Origin: Macrostomum lignano
Taxonomy: Eukaryota
DNA: 64,000 nt
Direction: 5' to 3'
Assembly: GCA_002269645.1 (NCBI GenBank)
Contig: NIVC01001860.1
Span: 1-64,000, forward strand
Shown here: positions 1-10,300 of the stretch, in pieces
How positions within the stretch are numbered: the stretch's first letter is position 1
How the letters are laid out: every line of letters begins with the position of its first letter
Translations under genes and position numbers: made by a program
The notes under the pieces: generated by a model
Database searches by the model: none
What the model was told of the DNA's origin: nothing
Seen by the model: the letters and a program-made list of their open reading frames with translations, nothing else

Positions 1-68
1 AGACTTTCACTTTATGCTATTTTCAATTCTCCAACCATGCTAATATCCCAACTAAACCCCGTTTGCAG

Positions 69-202
69 CATGATAAACCAGTTCACTGAGGAATTCACAC
101 AGGCTATCGAAGGCTCCGGAGAAGTCAACACCAAGGAATTGTCCGGTGGAGCCAAGATCAATAGAATCTTTCACGAGAGGTTCATGTACCTGCTGCCACA
201 AG
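69..202 (+). CDS. DNM: Dynamin exon (end of GTPase domain/start of middle domain), with an apparent 1-nt insertion near its 3' end
   Basis: MINQFTEEFTQAIEGSGEVNTKELSGGAKINRIFHERF matches dynamin ELSGGARINRIFHERF. Acceptor ttgcag at 63-68, donor gtcagt at 203. Confidence 0.9.
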
Positions 203-321
203 GTCAGTATCGGAGATGTGTACATGCGCTTACTTTGAAGAGATTCATTGTAAACTTCTGACTAAGAAAGAGATTTTAATGCAGTATGTACAGTCTTAAC
301 TGTGTAAGAGATACAATGTAC

Positions 322-495
322 ATTTTTCAACTGGGGCAAGAGATTAAATGTACAGCATTAACTAGGCAAGAGATTCAATGTACATTCTTAACTGGGCAAG
401 AGATTCATTGTACAGTGTCAACTAGGCAAGAGATTCAATGTACAGTGTTAATTGGGCAAGAGATACAATGTAGATTTCTTGACCCAAGAAGGAGA
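322..495. repeat. Degenerate ~30-bp tandem repeat (about 5-6 copies)
   Basis: Recurring ggcaagagattcaatgtaca core. Confidence 0.8.
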
Positions 496-1219
496 CTCCA
501 ATATGCATTACTTGAAAATCTGAAGCTCTACCTCGGTCTCTCTTGAGTGTCACATCTTCAATTAATTACCAAATACACCGGCGGATTTCGAAGGAGGCTG
601 CGGCCCCTGGAGTAAAAGCGGGATTTAACTGAAGCCCCCGAATCTATAGGCTAGCTTTCGTCATCGATCCCTCTTCACATCCACTCCGCAAGTCTGATGG
701 AGATAACTGGCTGCCTAGAGCCCCTCCCTACCCCAGCTTCATTCAGCCCCCAGACTCATCCCGCAATCCTCAATTTGGCGCCCCGATCAAATCACAGGGA
801 TTCAGCAAGCCCCTTCCTCCTCCGGGGAGAGGAGAGGCAGGGGAGGGACAGGCGCAACCCGGCAGCAGAGAAGATAAGATCCGGGGGGGGGGAGGTTGGG
901 TTGGGGCAAAATCGAGCGCCTTTGCCGCTTTCACCGAGCGAGCGGCTCTCTCTCCGCCTCTCTTCCCCTCGCTGAGCCTACACGAGGCTCGAACCCAGTT
1001 GAAGACTTGCCGCCACCTACGCGAGCAAGCGCTTCACTGCTCCATTCTCATCTTCTCGCGGCCTGTCTTTGCACTTTTACTCCGCTAAATTCATGCATTA
1101 ATTATCTATACTGATGCGAGCTGTTGAGAAAGTCGTTGAGACGGCATGGAAGAGCGCAAGGAAACAGAAGTTTTCTCTCACACATGAGCTGCAAATATTT
1201 GCCAGTAGCCAGCACTGAA

Positions 1220-1660
1220 ACGATATGTATCGAAAATAACTTTTCCCCGTACTCCACTCCGCGGCACCCTCTCTGTGCAGTTGTCCAACCGAGACAATCC
1301 TGCCAGTCGCCACACTAACACGACAGTTACATACCGACCCGACTTTCTCGAGTCGAACCCGTGTCGTCTGACACTGGAGAACAATGCGATCTCTCTGCTG
1401 CTAACAACCCTGATAATGACCCGAAATTAGCTGAGAGATGAAGCTTCCCCAATCCAGATAGCCGTCACCATGAGCTACGTACTGTACATATCGATAAGCG
1501 CTGAGCAGATATGTATCGTAAATAACTTTTTAAAGCTACCGTTTTCCGCAGTTAAGGAGGCAAGTCATTTTCTCTTCGCGTGTAAAACTTCAGCCAGACT
1601 AAGAATCGAACCCGGGTCCTCTGATACACGAAAACGATGCGATACCTCTGCGCTACATAA
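1220..1660 (-). mobile_element. Two related tRNA-derived SINE-like fragments
   Basis: The minus strand shows A-box-like tagcgcagaggt and B-box ggttcgattc (1590-1660) and a second ggttcgactc head near 1335-1410. Both share the adjacent sequence gatatgtatcg.aaataactttt. Confidence 0.5.
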
Positions 1661-2444
1661 GACCCCCAGTAAAAAGCAAAGGTTGAGGCCACTTAACTTG
1701 GAAACGGAGAGATGTAAGCAGTAGATAAGAGAGCAGCTGCTTCAGATAGGCTTGAGCTCTTCACTGGATATTCAGCGTGTTTCATTTTCGGTTTCGCACG
1801 CAAAGCCTCTTCCAATGAGGCCGGCTATTTTGGGAAATTTCCTCTTTTCTCCTCTCCCTTCCCAATTGCCTGCTCTCCTTCGCTATCCGCCTCTATTTCT
1901 CTCCCGTGCAGACTCAGGCAGAAGTTGAGTGAGTGAGCACAGGGCGGGGGGGAGCTGGCCGTTCATACTGTAGCGGCCTACAGATGCTGAGGCTTTTTGG
2001 TCATTTTTATATTCGCACTGGGAGAAGAAAGAGGGAAGGGGAGAGTATGATAGGGATTTAGGGAGACACGGGGAAATAGGGGAAGAGGGAAGCGCTAGCT
2101 ACAGCTAAAAGTGCGTGACCTAAGTATGCGGCCACTGGAGAGAGGGGAGAGCGGCCTCAGCGCAAGTGGATCTTGAGTCTGAGTGCTGTGAATTCTCTTC
2201 CCAATCCCACTATGCCTTCTCTCCAGCATCTTCTCTCCATCTTCTTCTCCACCTTTGCTACCTTGACTTTGCAACTTAGCAGTTTAGTACGAAAGGCTGG
2301 CAATTTCTTTTCTCGTCAAAGGTCTTCTATCTCAGATCCCCAGGCTAAATGGGGATCTTTGCACATGCAATTGAAGTGGCGATCAAAGCATTTTGTTTGG
2401 CATGCCTGAGTAGTAGTGACGGTTTTGTGTCAGGAATGTCTGAC

Positions 2445-2738
2445 ACGCTGCCTGGCATTTCTGACAACCAAATTTGAGCAGCAGTGACAGCACTGAGTCA
2501 GGCATGTCTGACAACCAAATTTGAGCCGCAGTGACAGCACTGAGTCAGGCATGTCTGACAAACAAATTTGAGCCGCAGTGACAGCACTGAGTCAGGCATG
2601 TCTGACAACCAAATTTGAGCAGCAGTGACAGCACTGAGTCAGGCATGTCTGACAACCAAATTTGAGCAGCAGTGACAGCACTGAGTCAGGCATGTCTGAC
2701 AACCAAATTTGAGCAGCAGTGACAGCACTGAGTCAGGC
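2445..2738. repeat. 47-bp minisatellite (about 6 copies) abutting a dynamin acceptor
   Basis: Unit gacaaccaaatttgagcagcagtgacagcactgagtcaggcatgtct at 2463, 2510, 2557, 2604, 2651 and 2698. Confidence 0.95.
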
Positions 2739-2770
2739 AATTCTCCGCACCCCCTTCCCCCCCCCCCTAG

Positions 2771-3135
2771 ACGGAGTCGGACGAGCGCGAGCTGCGCAAG
2801 GAGATCAGCTACGCCATCAGAAACATCCATGGCATCCGCACGGGCCTGTTCACGCCGGACATGGCCTTCGAGACGATCGTGAAGCAGCAGATCGCCAGGA
2901 TGAAGGAGCCAACGCTGAAGTGCGTGGACATGGTGGTGGAAGAGCTGATCAACGTGGTTCACCATTGCACAGAGAAAATGTCCAGCTACCCGAGGCTTCG
3001 CGAAGCCACTGAAAGCATCGTGACCAACAGGATCCGTGAACAAGAAGGCAAGACCAAGTCTCAGCTGATGCTGCTGGTGGACATCCAGCTCGCCTACATG
3101 AACACCAACCACGAGGACTTCATTGGATTTGCTAA
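2771..3135 (+). CDS. DNM: Dynamin exon (middle domain)
   Basis: [41 protein letters not shown]...[15 protein letters not shown]. Acceptor ctag at 2767-2770, donor gttagt at 3136 (phase 2). Confidence 0.95.
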
Positions 3136-3329
3136 GTTAGTGAAATACTAAACCAAAATCTCTACAACAGTTTTCTGGGAGAAGGGAAAACGAGCGACAT
3201 GGAATTACATTTCTCCAAAACGGGGCCGATTCGCTTCCAGACCAGTTTGGGAAGATAGACTGGGAAGAGAAGAAAGTCAGTTTTTCCTGTTAGAAAATTA
3301 TAAAACATTTTGTTCAGCTAGAGACAAAA

Positions 3330-3669
3330 AGTAGTAGGGCGAATTATGATACTGCCGCACTAGCACTGGCGAGATAGGCGGCAATGCAAATGTATAGGGA
3401 AAAATACACTGCGGAGATATGAGCCCTATCTCTGTGCATTGGGGACGGCTAAGCACTGCAGAGATATGAGCTCTATCTCTGTGCATTGGGGACGGCTAAG
3501 CACTGCAGAGATATGAGCTCTATCTCTGTGCATTGGGGACGGCTAAGCACTGCAGAGATATGAGCTCTATCTCTGTGCATTGGGGACGGCTAAGCACTGC
3601 AGAGATATGAGCTCTATCTCTGTGCATTGGGGACGGCTAAGCACTGCAGAGATATGAGCTCTATCTCTG
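3330..3669 (+). repeat. Left terminal inverted repeat (340 bp) containing a 47-bp hairpin tandem array that continues to 3789
   Basis: Reverse complement of 19836-20175. Eight units start at 3414, 3461 ... 3743. Confidence 0.95.
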
Positions 3670-4136
3670 TGCATTGGGGACGGCTAAGCACTGCAGAGAT
3701 ATGAGCTCTATCTCTGTGCATTGGGGACGGCTAAGCACTGCAGAGATATGAGCTCTATCTCTGTGCATTGGGGACGGCTAAGCACTGCGGAGATAGAGGC
3801 GATTCATGATACTGCCGCACTAGCGCTGGCGAGATAGGCGGCAAAAAGGATATAGGAAAAATACACTGCGGAGAGGATCCTATCTCTGTGCATTGGGAAC
3901 GGCTAAACATTGCAGAGATAAGAGGGGTGGCCAATCTCTGTGCTCTGTGTTAGGGTAAGGTTATAAAGTTTTACAACTGCACAGAGGACGGCTGGTGTTG
4001 CTTACCTGGATAAGGGGACGGGGGGATACACTAATTACAGCCAGTGGCCTCTATAACGGTAAAGTAATTATTACCTGAGCATGGCTGGATGTTCATATAC
4101 GATATGATAAGGAGAGGGCATGCATGTACAAATTAC

Positions 4137-4144
4137 TATATAAG
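4137..4144 (+). promoter_or_regulatory. TATA box (TATATAAG) upstream of Polinton ORF1
   Basis: Lies about 100 nt before ATG 4246, with a CCAAT near 3931. Confidence 0.55.
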
Positions 4145-4245
4145 CAGCCACGCAAGTACAAATAAACAAATAGACAAAAACAAATTGTATAAAAGGATTT
4201 TTAAAAACCTTACTACTTCTAAAAAACAACTCTTTCTCTTTCAAA

Positions 4246-5628
4246 ATGAAAACTTTTAAAAGTTGTCATAGAGACCTCTATGAGGTCTGTATAAGCTGCG
4301 AAGTGTGCCTGCTTGGAGGCGTGTCCCCAAGACACCACGAGAATGAGAACTGTCTGGTCTCATGCTGGTTGGCATGCGACCAGTGCGGCACCGTCGAAGC
4401 TCTGCAGGAGGGAAAAATTCCAGCATATCATCGAGGACACAAGATCGTCAGCGATGACAAGAAAAAGCAAGAAAGTAACCGCTGGAAAGTAATCCGCGCC
4501 ATCAAAAAGAGCAACGAGAGAGAAAAGAAGAGCCAGCAGAAAAAGGGAGCCAGCAGGAGTCTGCTATCAGCTCACTTGAGTCAAGTAATTGACTCTACAT
4601 TGAAGAGGATGAGGCCAAGCGGGTCTTCAGCAGCTGCAGAATTTGAAGTTGAGCTGTCTGCTGGAGTCGAGGCTGCTGGAGTCGAGGCTGCTGGAGTCGA
4701 GGCCGCTGGAGTCGAGGCTGCTGGAGTCGAGGCTGCTGGAGTCGAGGCTGCTGGAGTCGAGGCCGCTGGAGTCGAGGCTGCTGGAGTCGAGGCTGCTGGA
4801 GTCGAGGCTGCTGCTGTCATAAACTTCATAGAGGAAGATGTCCTGGATCAGTTCCTCAGGGAATTCAACGCTGGTCAGCAGCAGCAGCAGCAGCAACCTG
4901 TCTCTTCGGTTCCGGTGATTGCTGGAAAACAACTTCATCTAATTGAAGACGACCACGAAATGGAAATCCTAGAAGAGGAGGGCAGCGACAATGAGTCGCA
5001 TAATGCAATTGTGCCACCTGCAGCTCCAGCCGCCCCAGCTGCTCTGGCCGCCCCAGCTGCTCTGGCCGCCCCAGCTGCTCTGGCCGCCCCAGCTGCTCCA
5101 GCCGCCCCAGCTGCTCTGGCCGCCCCAGCTGCTCCAGCCGCCCCAGCTGCTCTGGCCGCCCCAGCTGCTCTGGCCGCCCCAGCTGCTCTGTCCGCCCCAG
5201 CTGCTCTGTCCGCCCCAGCTGCTCTGGCCGCCCCAGCTGCTCTGGCCGCCCCAGCTGCTCTGGCCGCCCCAGCTGCTCCAGCCGCCCCAGCTGCTCTGGC
5301 CGCCCCAGCTGCTCTGGCCGCCCCAGCTGCTCTGGCCGCCCCAGCTGCTCTGGCCGCCCCAGCTGCTCTGGCTGCCCCAGCTGCTCCAGCCGCCCCAGCT
5401 GCTCTGGCCGCCCCAGCTGCTCCAGCCGCCCCAGCTGCTCTGGCCGCCCCAGCTGCTCTGGCTGCCCCAGCTGCTCCAGCCGCCCCAGCTGCAGCCTCTA
5501 CAATTCCAGCTTCTCAATCCGAAACTCCACCCGTGCCAGCTGGAGTTGCCTTCTTTCTGCCTCCTGTCGGCGGGGCTGGGTACGAGGTAACGATTTTCGA
5601 AAATCGTATTAGAATTGTGCCGCTGTGA
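4246..5628 (+). CDS. Polinton ORF1: Cys/His-rich N-terminus, basic region, (AGVEA)10, acidic/polyQ segment and long Pro/Ala repeat; function unknown
   Basis: 460-aa ATG-initiated ORF just inside the left TIR with non-repetitive N- and C-termini (CISCEVC...HH...CLVSCWLACDQC). Its repeats are multiples of 3 and keep frame. Confidence 0.75.
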   Translation: MKTFKSCHRDLYEVCISCEVCLLGGVSPRHHENENCLVSCWLACDQCGTVEALQEGKIPAYHRGHKIVSDDKKKQESNRWKVIRAIKKSNEREKKSQQKKGASRSLLSAHLSQVIDSTLKRMRPSGSSAAAEFEVELSAGVEAAGVEAAGVEAAGVEAAGVEAAGVEAAGVEAAGVEAAGVEAAGVEAAAVINFIEEDVLDQFLREFNAGQQQQQQQPVSSVPVIAGKQLHLIEDDHEMEILEEEGSDNESHNAIVPPAAPAAPAALAAPAALAAPAALAAPAAPAAPAALAAPAAPAAPAALAAPAALAAPAALSAPAALSAPAALAAPAALAAPAALAAPAAPAAPAALAAPAALAAPAALAAPAALAAPAALAAPAAPAAPAALAAPAAPAAPAALAAPAALAAPAAPAAPAAASTIPASQSETPPVPAGVAFFLPPVGGAGYEVTIFENRIRIVPL

Positions 5629-6511
5629 CTAAGCAATTTTTGTACTTTTTTGCTTTCTGTGTGGAGTGAGAAATCTACCCATTTATTGCAATTATTGCTA
5701 AAACTTTATTTCAACTAGCTTTTTAAAGTTGAAAGTAGGTACATTAATTAATGATTTGATCATCTCATAACTCTGTATTCGCTTCTAGGAATCTTGCTTA
5801 TAAGTTTTCAGTTTTCATTTCCAAATTAGTTTTAAAAAAAGCTCGTAGCTCGTAGTGGCAACCAATATTTTTTTGGTATCCGAGGTAAAAAAAATTATTT
5901 GAAAAGTAGGTGAAACATTATACAGTTGAATTTAACAAATTAAAATCAACATAACATACTTTCAATAAATTGGTGATGGTTTCGTATGCTTGGTGCGATT
6001 GATTAGGTATAATTTTCTTTCTACTGCTTTGATGCGGTGTTTCCTCATTCTTTAATTATTGAACTTTTCAGCTATATTTCTGCTTCTAAACTCTCGTCTG
6101 TATTTGTAATTCATTGTTCCATGCATTGTTTATTGACTATGATTGCACCATGTGAATTCGATATTTTTTTAAAAAATATATATATAATGTCAGCATTTTT
6201 CCACTCGGTGATTGGTTTGTTAATTAACTATTGGCTTCATTTTGCATTTTTTACCGATTGAGTCTGCGTAGGAGGCAAATAGAAACGAACTTTTACGAAT
6301 AGGGATCAATAGAATATGCATGCAGAGAGCTAGCTTAAGGGAGAACCAAAAAAATATAACCAGCATCTACTAGCTTGTAAGTGTGGATATTGTACCAGTA
6401 TTGCAGCAATAAAGACTTACGAAAAAAGATTTCAAATATTCACTCCCAGTTGCTTATGACACTCAGTTGCAGCCAGTAAACACTGTCAGCTTTTAACTGC
6501 TTGCCTTTTCT

Positions 6512-6908
6512 ATGGTTGAGCACTCCTGGATGGAGCAGGAGAATGACCACTCATGGATGGAGAATGACCACTCATGGATGGAGAATGACCACTCATGGAT
6601 GGAGAATGACCACTCATGGATGGAGAATGGCCACTCGTGGATGGAGGATGACCACTCGTGGATCGAGTATGACCACCCTTGGGTGGACCATGACGTCAGC
6701 AGCGAGTCAGCAGCCAGCAGCGAGTCGGCAGCCAGCAGCGAGTCGGCAGCCAGCAGCGAGTCGGCAGCCAGCAGCGAGTCAGCAGCCAGCAGCGAGTCAG
6801 CAGCCAGCAGCGAGTCAGCAGCCAGCAGCGAGTCAGCAGCCAGCAGCGAGTCAGCAGCCAGCAGCGAGTCAGCAGCCAACAGCGAGTCGGTGACTGATGC
6901 ACACCAAG
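6512..6908 (+). CDS. Repeat-rich ORF/exon (ENDHSWM heptads, AASSES hexads), probable 5' exon of pPolB
   Basis: ATG at 6512, in-frame 21-bp and 18-bp arrays, strong donor caag|gtaagt at 6908/6909. Confidence 0.55.
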
Positions 6909-7331
6909 GTAAGTGCCTTTATTTATCCTTTTCAACTTACTTAAAAATTTTCTTATCAATGCGATGTATATTATGCAGTCTAAAATTTTAGTCCAAAGAA
7001 TGGGAGAAGGGGAGATAAAAGACTTTATACCGGTAGGGTTGTACATGTATGCTTGGGTACAGACGTTTAGTTTAGTATCTTTGATATTTGAAACTATAGG
7101 CAGCAAAAAACAAAAATATTATCCTAAAACCACAAACCAGGTTCAACAGTCAGCTTCAGCAGAGTTGCCCAAGCCTATGATCAATCACTGGAAATACTGA
7201 GGCTCAGATCGAGTCACCCAGACACGCTTCCGTCAGAATTTTTTGTCCAAGCTGGAGACAAAATTATTGAGGCAGTTCAGCAAAGAATTTCAAGACATCA
7301 TTACAAAGTTCAGCTAAAGGCGAATATTCGA

Positions 7332-10300
7332 ATGGTCCGAATAAGAGATGGGGAGATGCTTGCCGAAGAGGACAGATGGATAAGCTGTAAAATGCAGGCC
7401 CTAGACCTAGGTGGTGAAGCAGGCCGTTTAAACAACTGGTTGATTGAGCAGGAGCAGGAGTTGGAGAGGATCTGTAGTATGATTAATACGAACGGCAGTG
7501 GCTGGACAATTAAACAAATTAATTTTCTAGACATCAACCTTGCCAGGTACAATCCAATTCGATTTCGCCAGGGCAGAGCCGTTAGATTCAATCTTCCTGC
7601 CAGTTTGAAGAACAAAAAGGCTGTTATCAATCCACCGAGCACAGGCAAAGACTGTTTCCTGTACGCCTGTCTCGCTGCACTGCACAGCGCCGATCCGAAA
7701 GTTCAGAAATCGCCCAACAGAATATCCTCTTACGATGAATGGTTGCGTGAGCTGGACTTTGCAGAAATCTCCATGCCAGTGAGTGTCGCTGATATCGATC
7801 GCGTCGAGTCTAACAATCCAGGAATTTGCATTTCTGCGTTCTCTTGGCAGCAGGGCAGTGTGACTCTTCTCCGTCGCCGCAAGCATGAGTCAGATGACCG
7901 AAGACACCTCATGCTTTTGCTAGTTAAAGACAGCTACGGATCGGAGCACTGGTGTGCAATTACTAATTTTGACAGGTTAATGAACAGTCGTAATGGTCCC
8001 GCCATGAGGAAGTGGTGCACGAAATGTTTAACATCATTTTATAGCAACGAGAGGCTTCAAGAGCACAGGAACGAATGCAGCATTACTGCAGAAAATCCTG
8101 TCAAAGAAACGCTTCCAGTTCCAGGACAGAATGAAATAAAGTTCCGAAACTGTCAAAACACTGTCAGTCCACCATTCGTTGCCTATGCCGACCTGGAAGC
8201 CATTTTGCGAGCGAACACAGACCCTGCTAACCTGATCTCAAAGCATGAACCATGTGCAGCAGCTTTTCTTGCAGTGCCTCGTGAAGGCATGACAGGACCT
8301 CCGCTTAGGCCAGAAGGAGACATGTACAAGGTCTTTTGCAATGCGGACCCTGATGAGTGTATCCTTGGTTTTCTCAAATCTCTTGAAAGCCTGGCTCAGG
8401 ATATATTTCACTGGAACCAGAAGCATAGCCACCAGCCGGCTGACCGATCATCCGCGACCGTCATGGATGATTTCAATTCTGCTGAGGTATGTCACTACTG
8501 CAAGAAGAACTTTAAAAGTTCTACAGATAAACATTTTGACCACGATCATTTAAATGGACAGTACAAAGGTGCAGCATGTCAAGAATGCAACCTGCGAGCA
8601 CAGCTCCGACGCCGGTTTCTGCCCCTGGTTTTTCACAACTTAGGCGGCTACGACCTTCATCTTCTACTTTCCACTGCGCTTGGGAGCATGAAAAATTGGA
8701 AACTTAGTGTTGTTCCGCAATCATCCGAGCGATACTTGTCACTAAGGGCGGAATTCCCTGTTGCAAGTTACGTAAAGAACGGAAAAGTTGTGCCAATCAT
8801 GTTTACAATTCAGTTCATCGACTCGCTCTGCTTTTTGAAGGGAAGTTTGTCCAATTTGTTTGCTAATCTTCCCGAAGCTGAATGCAAGCTGACAATGCAA
8901 ATGCTTGAGTCAAGACCACATCTTTCAAGAGAGCTACTTCGAAAAAAAGGGATTTTCCCATATGATTACCTCACAGGATTTGAGATTCTCGAGCAGTCGG
9001 TTTTGCCGCCTAAAGATGCTTTTTTTAATCGACTTTCCGATCGGGGAATTTCCGACGACGACTACAATAGAGCAAGAGCGGCATGGGCGGCATTTCAATG
9101 CAAAAGTTTGAAGGATTATATGCTCGCCTATCTTGAAATGGATGTAAGGCAGCTGGCTGACATTTTCGAGACATTCCGACAGGCCAGTCTGAAAGAGGAC
9201 GGATTGGATCCGGTACACTACTTTACTACTCCTGGTTTGTCTTACGACTCAGCTCTAAAGTCGACTGGAGTGGTTCTAGAGCAGCTGACTGATGCTGACA
9301 TGTATCATCTGTTTGAGAAGGGAATACGAGGAGGCATGTCCTTCATTAATGTGCATTGCGTCAAAGGTAATAATCCTAGCTTGCCAGGTTATGATGATCA
9401 GCAAGAGAGTGTAAGCCTCATGCCGATCGATATGAACAACTTGTATGGCTTTGCCCTGTCGCTTCCGCTTCCATGCAGGGAATTCAGGTGGGTACCGGAA
9501 CAGGAAATCCAGTTCTGGGACTCCAATCGGTTTCTGTCACTCAATCCAGAAGCCGAGATCGCCTACCTTGTTCAACTCGATCTAGAATACCCAGCTGAGA
9601 TTCACGATTCGACTCAGGAGTTACCGTTTGCACCTGAAAAATCAAAACCACAGCCAGATCAATTCTCGCCGTACATGGCCGAACTATGGAAAGAGATTGC
9701 TGAACAGCGAACTGGCAATGCTGAAGCTAAGTTTCAAGCAACGGAGAAGCTTCTACTCACCTGTACCGACAAGGATTCTTACGTAGTTCACAGCACCGTT
9801 TTAAGATTTTACCTGCAACACGGAATGCGGATCAAGTGCGTCAAAAAAATGATTTCGTTCAAGCAGGAAAATATTTTCGCGCCGTACATTGCCAGCAACA
9901 ATGAAAAAAGAGCTTTGGCAACTTCCGAGTTTGCTAAGGATTTTTACAAATTGAAAAACAATTCTCTCTTTGGAAAAACTATGGAGAACGTTCGAAAAAG
10001 ATGCGATGTTCGAATTTGCACTAACCAGACTCAAGCAGAAACTTGCGCCTCTCGACCAAACTGTGCCGCATTCTCGATTATCAATGAGTCGTTGAGCATT
10101 TTTCAGCTCAAAAAAGATAAAGTCACGCTTGACAAGGCCATTTTCGTTGGCCAGGCAGTTCTCGATCTCTCTAAGATGGCCATGTACAGCCTACTATATG
10201 ACAGGCTCCGACCGCTGTTCTGTCATTCAGACGGTTCCAGAGACATGATGCTTTGCGGAGGTGATACTGACTCATTTTTTCTAGCTTTCAAGAATCATGA

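Noticed and set aside
3414-3789. CRISPR-like array of palindromic repeats
   Set aside because: The units are directly adjacent with no unique spacers, the context is eukaryotic, and they form part of the Polinton TIR.
4581-5590. Alternative-frame and antisense ORFs over ORF1 (82-199 aa)
   Set aside because: They are stop-free by-products of the 15/18-bp repeats.
6493-7106. Antisense and alternative ORFs over the ENDHSWM/AASSES arrays
   Set aside because: Repeat-generated. The 6512 frame has the ATG and the splice donor.
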